Shown here piece by piece: positions 40,662-54,500 of a stretch of DNA of 64,000 nucleotides (positions are counted from its first letter, which is position 1; each line of letters begins with the position of its first letter). The notes beneath the pieces are model-generated. The model had not been told where the DNA came from. It searched no databases and was given only the letters and a program-made list of their open reading frames with translations. Both the position numbers and the translations under genes were made by a program. The stretch lies in assembly GCA_016748015.1 (NCBI GenBank), contig JAAOMT010000200.1:901502-965501 (forward strand). Reading direction: 5' to 3'. The DNA comes from Geosiphon pyriformis uo1 (lineage: Eukaryota > Fungi > Glomeromycota).

Positions 40662-43600
40662 TCAATATCAACCCCATGAGGAGGATATTGCATATATTGT
40701 TCTTTTTTTTATTTAATATAAATTTTAGTATAACATATGCCTATTTAATATATGTGTTTGATGCAAAAAATTTGATACAGCATACTAGTATAAGAAAAAT
40801 AATTTGAAGAACATTTTTGATCTATTTTTTATTTGTAATTATAGTTGAAATTTTAATGGTTAATTTTAAAACTATTTCAATTTACTTGCATAAAATCCAA
40901 AAAATATATAATAATTTCTATTTAATAAAAAACATATTTTATAAATATTAGCTTTAATAATCATAAGTTTAAGAGATTTTTTAAACTTGAACACAATAAT
41001 AACATATTTTTAACAGTAATTAAAATCAAAAAATAATACGAATATAATTATATATTTAGATAAATATATTATTAATTTTAAAAGCTGTACTTTTAAATAA
41101 AAAATTTATTAACTTTGTTTTAAAAATATTGTATAAAACAATAATTTTTTATCTTTTGACATTATGTTTTTACAAAATATAATTAACAAACAAAAAGAAA
41201 ACAGCAGATTTAAAACTTTTATAGTAAACTATTACAAATTAACGAATTTAACTTAATAGTAAAAATTTTATTAAACATTTTAAAAGTTTTTAACAATAAT
41301 ATCAAGAACTATATTATAAAAAATTACAATATTAAAAGAAATTATAATAAATAATTAATATTATTAAATATTAATTAGCTATAAAAAAAACAAATCAACA
41401 ATTAGCTTTATTATAATAATAAAATACAATTAATTATTAATTTAAATTGAATACAAAATAATTTTGATAAGTAAAAAACTAATCAAATTAATAATATTTT
41501 AGATCTATAATTTTAATCCAAAAATAATTATTAAGAAATATAATAATTAATTTATAAATAAAGTTCTATATTTAACTATTTAAATTTAATTATTTAAATA
41601 AATAACATGTAAAATAAAATATTAGTAAGTTTATAATTAAATTATTTAATATATAAATTTAATATAATTAATCATATAATTATTTTATAAATATTGATAA
41701 AAACCTTTTTATATCTATGTTTAAAATTTTATAAAATTATTAAATCAATATTTATATTATTTTATTATATGTTTAATAAGTATAGTCCAACTACTACTTA
41801 AAATCATAAAACTATACAAACTCTTATATTAAATATGGCTCATGCTTTTTCTATACATGACCAGTCACTTAGGCCAATTAAAGCAATCCTAAGCACCTAA
41901 ATTATCTACAATTAGAAAGTTATGCAAAAAACTAAAACATATATTAAACAAACAAAAATGTAAACCAAAACAAACATGAACATTCAACTTAATACCAAAA
42001 TTATGAATCATCTTAGAAAACCACAAAAATGTTAAATCAGATACAGCCAGTATTACAGATTTATTACATGACAGGAAGTTATGTTTTTTATAATATACTT
42101 TCAGCTTAACAGTCGGCAACTATATAATAGATCTGTAACCTTTAGTAAAACCCTAGACTAAATTGATAATTAATTAATATATTTCTAAAAAAATAATATA
42201 TTTTAAAAATTTAATTTAAGATTAGTTAAATTTGTATTTTTTTAATTTGTTATATAATTTATACAGTTTAAATATTCTAAAACTATATATATATATGTTT
42301 TTTATAATGTATAATTTCTAAAATAAATTAAAATATTATTAAAATAATGCATTATAAAATAATTTAAACAGTTTTAAAGAATTAATATTTATTAAATTTT
42401 AAAAACAACAAATATATTAATTAATCCAAACAATATAAATAAATATATTTTTAAAAACAAAAATAAAAATTTTTTCTTTTTTTTAATTTTATAATCATTA
42501 GATTAAAGAATAAAAAAGTTTTAAATATTACTTTTCTAATAATAACTAATAAAGTTTCTAAAAAAATAATTCTTTTTGTTATAAAAACAATTAAACAAAA
42601 TATTTTAAAAGCATTTTTTTTAAGAATAATAATAAAAAACTGTTTTTGGCAGCTTTTAAAACATTTTTTTTATTTTTGATTAGTGGTTTTTTTTAATCAA
42701 AGTTTTTTTTAAAAGAAATACTAAAATTAATTTTAATTTTTTTTTAAAAATTTCAAAGTTTTTAATAATAAATAGTTAATAATTGGTTTTTTTTGTTCTT
42801 ATAATTACTATTATTAATATTATTTTATAAATAAAAAAAAAAAAATAGCAGTTATTTGTGTTGGTTATTATTATACCAAATTTTAGATAAAATTTTTACA
42901 ATAATTTTGTTAATATAAATAATAACAACAATAACATATTTTTTAAAATAAACCAAAATTAACTATTGACTATATTGTTAAATATAATCTTTTTGGCAGA
43001 TCATTATCAATTTTGAAAACAAAACAAGATATATTTTTAAATATGTTTTTAATCAATTAACTTATAAAATTACTTAATTTAAAAATTCGATCAACCAAAT
43101 AAAAACTAAATTAACATTTTCTTTTTTGTTTTATTTGTTACTTGATTTTGTTAAATTTAAGTCAATTTTAAAAGATAATTTTAAGTTGTTTGTGTAAATT
43201 TTGTTTTTGAGACTTTTTTGGTTGCTGTTATTAAAGTTCATATTAGTAATTCTCTTTTTGATTATATTTAAGATTGCAAAGTTTTTTGTAATAATATTTA
43301 CTTTTATTATTATTATTATTATTGTATTTTGTAATGTTTTTTTAGATAATATTAAAAATGTTTTTGGTGATTTTAGTGTTATTATATCAATTAAGTTAAA
43401 TTTATTGGTTTATAATAATATATTATTGTTTAATTTAAAAACTTTTTTCTGTTATTGTTCTTATTAACTAATTTGTATTAATTAAAAAATACAATATTAA
43501 AATATTTTTTCTGTTTAACTAAAAAGAAATTATTATTTTAAAAAATACTTACAAGATTAAATTCGTCAATTTTTTTTAAGATCAATAATTTAATTTTTCA

Positions 43601-46600
43601 AGTTAGTAGTTATATATATTTTACTATTATTAATGCTTTATTGTTATAATTTTTGTTAATATAAAATCTTATGCTAATATTTCTGTTTTTTAATTTTTTC
43701 TACTGTTGTATTTTTGGTTGCTTTTGCTGTTAGTTTTATAATTAATTTTAAACTTGATTTTTTGAAATTTTAGATTTCTGATTTAGTTGCTTTAATTAAG
43801 TTTGTTATTAAACTAATTAATTTTTTAGTTATTCTAATTACTTTTTTTTAAATAGAGATTTATACAAAAACTTTAAAGTAAAAAAATATGATTACTATAA
43901 TAAATGTTACTAACTACTTTGCTGGTTTTTTTGTTAGTCTGTTTAAAAACTTTGTAAGTTTTAAAACTAAAATAATAATATAAATGCTGTTAAAATATTT
44001 TTTTAAGCAATAAAATTACTAATTATTAGTGACTTTATAGCAAATAAGTAATTTTAATATCAAGTATAATGTTAAAAAGATTAGATTATTTTTAAGTAAA
44101 TTTATTTTTAATAATCAAAACATGAATAATTTTATTGCCAGTTTTTGTAAGTTAGATTTTTCAATTTTTTCTAATTCAGTTTAATATGTGTTTTAATTAA
44201 CTCAAGTAATTAGTCATATATAAAAAATATATAAATTATATCTAATTTAAAAATTTTAAAAATCATATTATATCAAATTATAATAAAGTCACACTTTGTT
44301 AAATCATAATAAAATAAAAACAAAAATAGTATTATTAAATAGTTAAAATAATTATAATATATTTAAAAAACTGTTTTTTATTTGTTTTTTCTGTGTTTAT
44401 ACCAAATTATAAACTTTTAAAATTCAATTTTTATTAATATCTAAATTATATATAATTAATTTAACAAATTAAAAATTAAAAGTAATATATACCAATTTTT
44501 AATTATAATAGTTAATATACAATTTAAAAAAATTATTTTTTTCTTAATAAATAGTAACAAAATAGTTGTTAAAAATTTGAATTTTGTGTTTGAAAAAATT
44601 GTAAATTAATCCAAATAAAAGTGGTTTGTTTTTTTTTAAATTAATAAAACAATTATATAACCAATGTTTTAAAATCAAATTAGCTTTTTTTATTAAAAAT
44701 TTTTGGTATTACATAATAGTTTTAATTTTTTAGAGGTCTCAACTTTTTATTTACGATAAAAATAATAGAAATAAATATAATAAGTTAATTAAAACAATTT
44801 AAAAAACAATTAATGTTTTAATAAAAAATATTTTTGCAAATTTATACTTTTATTTATTTACTATTCTAGAAATATTAAACAATTTAATCATATAAGTTCT
44901 TTAATTAATTATTAAATTATACAAATATAGTTAAAACAATTCAAAAATAACAATATAATATGAACTTTTATAATATTAAAAGTTATTTTTTTTGATATAA
45001 AAATAAATTATAAAAGTTTTTTGTTTAATATTTTATAAAATATTACATTATTTATTATTAATATCTAATAACATAATATATTTTGTGAATTTACAAAAAT
45101 TTTATAGATAAAACAAAAATTTTTACACTAACACTAAGATTTAATTCAAATTTAATAAGATAATTAAAACTTAAAACATAAATAAATACAAAATAAAAAT
45201 ATTATTAAACCAAAATTAGAACCAAATACATAACGAATTTAAAACTTATTATAAAAAAGCCAATAAGTTTTTAATTTGAAAGTTTAACAATATTTTGTTT
45301 TACAATTTTTTAATTTAACTTATTATTAAGATCTTAAAAGCTTATTATTGTATTTAAATCTGGTTATTTTTGGATAAAGTTACTATTATCCTATTAATTA
45401 ACTTAATAAAATACTAATAAACAATATAACCAGCTTTTTTATAATTTAAACAAAAATTATTGGTTTAATAACACAATTTTTTGGCATTTGTAAAAAACTT
45501 AAACTGAATTATATCAACAAATATAGGATTGCTATACTGGTTAGCTGTTAATTAATTCTTGCTAATAACAAAAAAAGAATAAAATTAGCAATTTGTCTTC
45601 AAAAACACCATTTTTAACATTGCTTAATTAACAATAATTTCTGTATATTGTTGTAAATACCAAAATTAAACTGTTTATTAATGTTTTTTTTTCTAATTAA
45701 CATTGTATATTAGTTGTTTCAAAATTCTTAAGGAATTTCTTGAAATCTTGATTAAAAAAGCAAACTAAATAGGAACTATTGTTAAATTTTTCAGACAAAT
45801 CGATTTTGTGTTTAGAAAATGTAAACTGAGTCAAAATAGCGTGACCAACTTGTAATTGAGCAAAGAAATTTTGTAGACAGATATTTTTTTGCAAGATCAA
45901 AGTTTGGTTACACTGGTCTTTTTAGTTTTGTTTTAATGTAGCAGGTAAGTGAATAGCTAATTGAAAACTGGTGTTGATCTACTTGTCGTCCAATTCTTCC
46001 TTATATATCTGAATCCCAATTCCAAATTTTGTTACTAGCTGATTTGATCAGTCAATTTTCTAGAATATTCCAGAATACTCAATGGTTAAAATTGGTATAG
46101 TATATTTAAATAAATATAATTACATATTTTAATTGTAATTTTCCCAAAAACATATTTACATGTTGAAATAAATCGAAAATTAAATTAAATTTTTTAAGTT
46201 ATTACGACATTTTTAATATTAAAAACTACAAATAAAATATTTTATTTATATGTTTGATTTAAAAATAGAAATATAATTATGTAATTATGCTTAAATTAGA
46301 TTTTTATATATAATTTTAAACAAAAGAAATTTAAAATCTAAGATTTAATAAATGATCCAACACAATTATTATTATTTGCTGAAGTTTTTCTATTAAAGAA
46401 CTCAAAGAATATAATAAAGCTGACTACTGAAACTGATAATGCTTTAAATGAATTCTTGAATGGAAACATTAAAGATATAAAAATTTATTTTGGTATTGTC
46501 TTAAAAGATTTAATATTATTTAAGCTGCAGGTTATAAATAACGTTATGTAGAATTCCAAGTATACTTATTTTTTGAAGAAAAATGTATGCATAAAATCTA

Positions 46601-47227
46601 CACTGCTCATTCTACTTGAAAGTTTCCTGTTTTCTTATGTTTGACCTAATAATAAAAACATCTTTTTTAGAAAAAAATCAAATTATCTAAATTGGGTTAA
46701 TTTATTTCGCCCTTTAACAGGTTTTATTGTGCACCACTAATTAGCAACAATTCAATAAGACGTTTAAAAAATAGGAATTAAATATATACAAATACGAAAT
46801 ATTTAAAATACAAAGCAGGCATCTTTACAATTAATACAGGAGGGGTCCGCAAAATTATCTAAAACCTAGATTAATGAAGAGCCTAAATTGGGTTATGTAA
46901 ATCGAATAATTCGAGCTTTTTTAAAATAAATTTTTCCTATGCACACTTAGCAAAAATTCATTAATGCCTGATAATATTAAATTCTATTTCTTACTAACTA
47001 CTTGATTTCAAAATTTCCTTCAGATTGATTTTGAAATTGAAAAGCATTCGTTTATGATTGATACTTATTCTAAAAAACGAAAAATCATTTTATCACAATT
47101 TTTAAATTATATTTTGCTTTCGAAAAGGTTTAAAAAAGATATCCATTTATAATCATGAATTCAAAGGTATTTTCCGTCCTAGCGATAAAGTTTCTTGCAT
47201 GTATTACTTAGCGTTAAACAGCAGGAA

Positions 47228-47672
47228 CTGGAATAATCAAAATTTAGAGTTTTTAATATTGTCTGTGAGTAAATATGTATTCATTGTACAACTATAACAC
47301 GTTTTACAGAATACCCTTTAAAAAGCCTGTTTACGGTATTGTAAATTCATGCATCCGCTATGTAATATATTGCATTGCAAAGAACAATGACCCACCTTTT
47401 GCCTTTTTAGACTAATAATCTGATATGTTTTTAGGGCATTGTTAGTATTGCTTTAACAATGCATCTATTAAATTTATGATTAAATGAAATAATATTTTGA
47501 CTTTTTTAACATTCTGCTTCAGTTAATATTGTTTCTTATCACATCTTTTTCTATAAAATTGATCGTGCCCTTACAATTTCTTTCATTTAATCCAACCAGA
47601 AGAAGTACGAAAAAAGAAAAAGAAATTGAGTTCTCAAATTCAAATTAAACCAAATCAAATAACTTAAACAAA
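47228..47672 (+). promoter_or_regulatory. Conserved ~450-bp promoter block of the peptide genes (copy 1 shown): HMG-type sites and a TATA box
   Basis: TATAAAA lies at 47552, 51274, 54906, 56811, 59194 and 62345, which is 111-122 bp before each ATG. AGAACAAT lies at 47381, 51091, 54721, 56627, 59032 and 62191. An inverted CATTGTTA-N8/9-TAACAATG is present in copies 1, 3, 4 and 6. Confidence 0.7.
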
Positions 47673-47804
47673 ATGCAACCAACAACCAACAATCAATCCT
47701 CATTCAATCCGCTCTCAATCATTGCTCCTGGCAACGGCTCAATTAAAGGACCAACCGGTGACCCAGACGATGGCAGTGGCACTGGTCAATGCTCGATCAT
47801 GTAA
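47673..47804 (+). CDS. a-factor-like lipopeptide pheromone precursor, copy 1 (43 aa, CAAX = CSIM)
   Basis: ATG in an AAAATG context; MQPTTNNQSSFNPLSIIAPGNGSIKGPTGDPDDGSGTGQCSIM-TAA; the protein is identical in six copies with only synonymous differences. Confidence 0.85.
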   Translation: MQPTTNNQSSFNPLSIIAPGNGSIKGPTGDPDDGSGTGQCSIM

Positions 47805-50800
47805 AAGTTGCAGAGTATTCATATTGAAGATTCTCTTTTCCTACCATCCCAGTAAATTGTGTGAAAAATTATCGTCGGGGCTTCTGAATTACATACTTCA
47901 AATTAATATAATGCAAATTTGGACTTTTAACATAGATATCTAGCTCTGAAGAATCAATAGTAAAGCAAAAGTCAGTATAATTACTCGCAACGAAAGGATA
48001 CTGCATATTTCTCTTTCACTATTTTTTATTATTAATTGTATATTAACGTTATAGTAATATAATTTGATTGGTTCTACCAAATGTTAAATAAATTATTTCT
48101 AGTATTTAAATTTGGTAATAAAATGTTCTGATTCAAGACCATAAAATATTCTTCTCTCAAAGCTAATTGGACCTTTAAAAGTATATTTCTTAATGGCGAA
48201 GTGAAACTTGAAAGTCAAATAAAACCTATTCAATTTTTACTAATTTAACTGAAGGCATTTAAATATTAAAATATAAAATCAAAAACTTAAATTAAAAGCC
48301 CTGATGCTTTTTACTGTTAATAAATTTCTGAATTTAGTTTAGAAAACTATAAAATTGTTTTCACCATGCAAGAAAATATTTTAGATTAAATTAAAATTTT
48401 ATAAATAAGAATGATAGTAATTTTAAATTATTATTTTAATTTTAATTTTATCAGCAACACAGTAGCAAAAGTTTTGAAGTTTTTTATATAGCTTTCAAAT
48501 TATACATATATCAAACCAAAAAAAGTGAAGCTTATTCCTTCAAACTATTATTCTATGTTGAAAAAAGCTATTTCCTAAAGTCTATTTTGAAATTTTTCGC
48601 AGATTTAATCCAAAAGCGATTGACAAGAAGACTGCGATAATTGAATTATAAATTGTGTGAAAATCAAAAAAATCAGTTATGAAAAATTCTATAGCTTGAA
48701 TTACTTAGCTACCTTAATTGTTTGATTTCGCGCTTTATATTAAAGCTGAAAATTTTAAATTGATATGGGATAATAATAATAAAAAATTTCAAAATTTATT
48801 TCGTTTTATTATTAATTTTCAATTCTAAGGATTGTTCGCTTTAGAAATTTTAAAACCAGGGTTTTTTCTTAAATATATTTGTGTATTAAATATTAATAAC
48901 TTATCAACTCCATTAAAATTCTCATTCTGTATTATCATAAATCTATTTCTCAATTATTTCAGTGAATTAATAAACTGTCAAAAGTTAATATAAAAATGTA
49001 TATCTTTTTGATGTTAGAGATATTAGGCTCAATTGAAAATCGAAAAGCTCAAATTAAATTGTTATCGTATAGTAATAGGTCATTTTTGAGAATTTAGAAT
49101 CATGGCAGAACCCTTTTGGAGATTTTAATTAATAGACTCTCCAGAATTAATTTATTTAAACTTGTGATTTATTTCAGTTATATTCAGGTCAAAAGTACAA
49201 AATATGATATTTACAATGCTTATGTCTTATATATTTTTACTCTTTCTCACGAAATTTATGTCAATGGAGTTTAGTAAAGGTGCTTCACATAAGAGGATAA
49301 AACTATTTTTAAATTTTACATTCATAATAACTCAATACTCACAAGATTTTGATTCAATCTAATGAAAAATAAGCCATTTTCAGAGTGTTAGCAATATTAT
49401 CAAAAAAAATAAAAAAGTAATAGATACTATAAAGCTCCTTAATATTATTGCAATATACTATAGATAACAGGAAAATTGAAACCCTATTTAACAAATGGTA
49501 ATGCACTTAGGCAATCTCTTCTTGTTGCATAAAAAATTCCCCTAAAAAAATTTGTTCCGAAAACATATATTGATATAATTATGCAAATTCTATTTTTTTC
49601 GGGTTTTGAGCACATCATAAAAATTTTGAAATTAAAAAAACTCTCCCAGCTGCTGAAATAGTGATAGAACTTTTTAAAGAGTAAGCAAAGTCTATTTTAT
49701 TTACCTCATATTCACCTTGAAAATTATTAAATTTTTGAAACAAAGAGATTAAAAGTTTGCAATAAATATATCCATTAATTAAAATACAATTTTTTCTCCA
49801 CACTCAATATATTCTTTTACATTTTCTTATTTGAAGTTATGAGTTTCTTAAAATATTTTGTGGTATTAAAAAATTAACTCTAATTTATAGTTTTAATATG
49901 AATTAAAAATAAAAGTTAAAATACCGAAGTTTATATGAAAAAGTATTTCAAAGAACAATTGCTTTTGTGAAGAATTATATTTTTAATACTGCTTTAAAAA
50001 AAATTTAAATGGAAATAATATTAGACTTGTAATTTTCTTGTTTTTTTATTGAACTTAGTTATTAAGCATCGAACCTTTTGATATAAAATTTAGAATTTGT
50101 TTTTATTGTAATCTAATTTAAAATCTTATTGATGAGTTTATAACAACAAATATTTAAAAAAATTTCAGCTCCATTTAATTAAAAAATATTGAAATTTGGA
50201 ATATACAAAGATTGTCAAACAAAAATTTATATAAAATTCGAATTATAAATTAAATAGCAAAAGATGTTTGTTAATCATAAATAACTCATAAAAAGTGCTA
50301 AATTTCTTACCTATTAACAAAAAGAATATTATTCAATCAGAAAATAATATCATTAAATTCTTACATTGTAAAAAATACCCTCAAACATCATTAAAGAAAA
50401 TAAATGCAAAGCTCTTCATTGGTTAAAACAATGGATAATAAAAACAACAATTAAAAATGAAGCAAATGTCTAAACGTTGATTTAATTTTTTTTTTATTAG
50501 TATTTAAGCTGCAACAGAACAATATCTACTTCAAATTGGTCACCAATATATTGTTTTTTATTTGAAATTTCCTATATTTCTATTCGACTTAAGAATTGAA
50601 GAATAAACGAGAATTGTTAAAGATTAACTCTTTGAAATAAGATCAAATTATCTAAAATTCAGTCGAACTATTTTATATTCAGGAAGTTTAATTTTTCTAT
50701 ATTAAGATTGGATAGTTAATTTTCTCTTTCAAAAAAGGTATTTAGAGACTAAAAAATTATCAATAAAAATCAAAAATGTCAGAAAACGAGATAAAAAGTG

Positions 50801-51387
50801 GCATCATGTAGCGTACACATTTTAAAAACTAGACTAATAAAAAGTTTAGATTTTATTAAGTGATTTGAGCTTTCTCATTAATTAATTATCTGTACCTATA
50901 GTTTATTTAATTGAGATTTCAATTTAAAAACTTTTTTCCTCTGGAATAATCGAAATTTAAAATTTTAGCATTGTCCGTAAATAAACAAGTATTCTTTGTA
51001 CAACTATAACACGCTTTGAAGAATACCCTTTTGAAAGTCTGTTTACGGCATTGTAAACTCAAGAATCCGTTCTATAATATTGTAGTGCAAAGAACAATGG
51101 CCCAAATCTTGCCTTTTTCGACTAAAATAATCAATTATAAGGGCTGATCCATTTTTTAGGATATTGTTTGCATAGCATACAATTCATCTGTTAAATTTAT
51201 GATTAAATGGAATATAATTTAACTTTTTTAACATTCTATTTCAATTTATATTGTTTCTTATCACATCTTTTTCTATAAAACTGGTCGTGCCTTTACAATT
51301 TTCTTTTCATTCAATCCAACCAGAAGAAAAGGAAAAGAAATTGAATTCTCAAATTCAAATTATATCAAATCAAATAACTTAAGCAAA

Positions 51388-51519
51388 ATGCAACCAACAA
51401 CCAACAATCAATCCTCTTTCAATCCACTCTCAATCATCGCTCCTGGCAACGGCTCAATTAAAGGACCAACTGGTGACCCAGATGATGGTAGCGGCACTGG
51501 TCAATGCTCAATCATGTAA
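51388..51519 (+). CDS. a-factor-like pheromone precursor, copy 2
   Basis: Same 43-aa peptide; 8 synonymous differences from copy 1. Confidence 0.85.
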   Translation: MQPTTNNQSSFNPLSIIAPGNGSIKGPTGDPDDGSGTGQCSIM

Positions 51520-54500
51520 AAATTGCAGAGTATTCATATTGAAGATTCTCTTTTTTCGACCATCCCAGTAAATTGTGTGAAAAATTATCTTCGGGCTTCT
51601 GACTTACATACTTCAAATTAATATAATGCAAATTTGGGCTTTTAACATAGATATCTAGCTCTGAAGAATCAATAGTAAAGCAAAAGTCAGTATAATTACT
51701 CGCAACGAAAGGATACTGCATATTTCTCTTTCACCATTTTTTATTATTAATTGTATATTAACGTTATAGTAATATAATTTGATTGGTTCTACAAAATGGT
51801 AAATAAATTATTTCTAGTATTTAAATTTGGTAATAAAATGTTCTGATTCAAGACCATAAAATATTCTTATCTCAAAGCTAATTGGACCCTTTAAAAGTAT
51901 ATTTCTTAATGGCGAAGTGAAACTTGAAAGTCAAATAAAACCTGTTCAATTTTTACTAATTTAACTGAAGGTATTTAAATATTAAATACAAAATCAAAAA
52001 CTTAAATTAAAAGCCCTGATACTTTTTACTGCTAATAAATTTCTGAATTTAGTTTAGAAAACTACAAAATTGTTTTCACTATGCAAGAAAATATTTTAGA
52101 TTAAATTAAAATTTTATAAATAAGAATGATAGTAGTTTTAAATTATTATTTTAATTTTAATTTTATCAGCAACACAGTAGCAAAAGTTTTGAAGTTTTTT
52201 ATATAGCTTTCAAATTATACATATATCAAACCAAAAAAAGTGAAGCTTATTCCTTCAAACTATTATTCTATTTGAAAAAAAATATTTCCTAAAGTCTATT
52301 TTGAAATTTTTCGCAGATTTAATCCAAAAGCGATTGACAAGAAGACTGCGATAATTGAATTATAAATTGTGTAAAATTAGTCATGGAAAATTCTATAGCT
52401 TGAATTACTTAGTTACTTTAATTGTTTGATTTCTTGCTTTGTGTTAAAGCTGACAATTTTGAATTAATAGCCTAATAGTAGAAAAAGAAAATTTCAAATT
52501 AATTCGTTTTCATATCAATTATTGATTCTCAGGATTGTTTGCTTTCTAATTTTGAAACAAAGGTTTTTTTTCTTAAATCTATTGGTGTATTAAATATTAA
52601 TAACTTATTAACTCCATTTAAATTCTCATTCTGTATTATCATAAATCTATTTTTCAATTATTTCAGTGAATTAATACACTGTCAAGATTTAATATAAAAA
52701 TGTATATCTTTTTTATGTTAGAGATATTAGGCTCAATTGAAAATCAAAAAGCTCAATTAAATTGTTATCGCATAGTAATAGGTCATTTATGAGAATTTAG
52801 AATCATCGGCAGATAGTTTAATACCCTTTTGGAGACTTTAATTAATAGACTCTCCAGAATGAATTTATTAAACTTGTGATTTATTCCAGTTGCCAAGTGG
52901 TTATATTTAGGTCAAAAGTACAAAATATGATATTTACAGTGTTTATGTCTTATATATTTTTACTTCTTTCTCTCGAAATTTGTTTCAATGAAGTTTAGTA
53001 AAGATGCTTCACATAAGAAGATAAACTATTTTTAAATTTTACATTAATAATAACTCAATACTCACAAAATTTTGATTCAATCTAATAAAAAATAAGCCAT
53101 TTTAAGAGTGTTAGCAATATTATCAAAAAAAGATAAAAAATTGTTAGACACTATAATTATCATTGTAATATACTATAGATAAGAGGAAAGTTGAAACCCT
53201 ATTTAACAAATGTTTATGCATTGTGTTTTCTGCTTTGCTTTGAAACAATATTTTATTGTTATATAAGAATTCTCCAAAAAGATTTGTTCCCAAAAATAGA
53301 TTAATATAATTACCAATTCTATTTTTTGTCGGATTTTGAACACATTATGAAGTCTTGAAATCGTCCCAAAAGCTGAAACCTTTAAAGAGTAAGCAATATT
53401 TATTTTGTTCATCTTATATTCACTTTGAAAATATTAAGTTTTTGAAACAAAGAGATTAAAAGTTTGCAATAAATATATCATGAAATTAAAATTTAATTTT
53501 TTTCTCCACACTCAAAATATTCTGTTGCATTTTATTATTTGAAGTTATGAGTTTCTTAAAATATTTTGTGGTATTAAAAAATTAACCCCGAATTTATAGT
53601 TTTAATATGAATTAAAAATAGAAGTTAAAATACCGAAGTTTATTATGAAAAAATACTCAAAGAACCATTGCTTTTGCAAAAGATTATATTTTTATGCTTA
53701 TTTGAGAAAAAGCTATATTTCAATAATATTGTACTTGTAATTTTCTTGTTTTTTTCTTGAATTTATAGTTATTAAGCATCAACTTTTTGATATAAAATTT
53801 AGGATTTGTGTTTATTGTAGTCTATGTTTAAATTTTTTATCATAAGTTTATAACAACAAATATTTGAAATTTTTTTCAGCTTTTATTATTAATATTAAAT
53901 ATTAAATATTCAAATGTAGAATATTCAAAGATTGTCACATAAAGATTTATATCAAACTCGAATTAATATTATCTAAAATACAAGATAATTATTGTTTAAA
54001 TAGTGAAAGATGCTAATTAATAATAAAAAACTTATAGAAGACGCAGATTTTCTTAGATTTTAGCGAAAAAAAATATTAACATTAAATTTTCAGAGTTTAG
54101 AAAATACCCTCAAAAATCATCAAAAAAAATAAATGCATAAAGTGCAAAGCTCTGCATGGTTAATACAATGGGATAATAAAACTGATATTAAAGTGAATAA
54201 ATTGTCTAGACGTTGATTTGATATTTTTTTTATTAGTATTTAGGCAACATAACAATATCTACTTCAAAACTGTATTGTATATTCTAATTGAAATTTCCTA
54301 TATTCTATTCACTTAAGAATTGAAAAATAAACGAAGAATTGTTAAACATTAACTCTTTGAAATTAGCTAAACTTGGTCAAACTATTTAACTTTTCAGAAG
54401 TTTAAGTTTTCCATATTAAGTGAGTTATGTATGTACACATTTAAAAACTAGACTAATAAAAAATTTGAATTTTGTCGGGTAAATCATGTGACTTGAACTT

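Noticed and set aside
47673-47804. The CAAX ORF as the last exon of a larger prenylated protein (Ras/Rho/G-gamma)
   Set aside because: Each copy has its own ATG in an AAAATG context with a TATA box 111-122 bp upstream. There is no adjacent pyrimidine-tract AG acceptor and no upstream coding exon in the unit.
47722-47943. ORF-track entries overlapping the array (47722-47943 +, 51512-51721 -, 54679-54876 -, 55210-55398 +)
   Set aside because: They are alternative-frame or UTR shadows. They are not preserved across the six copies, whereas the 43-aa frame is.
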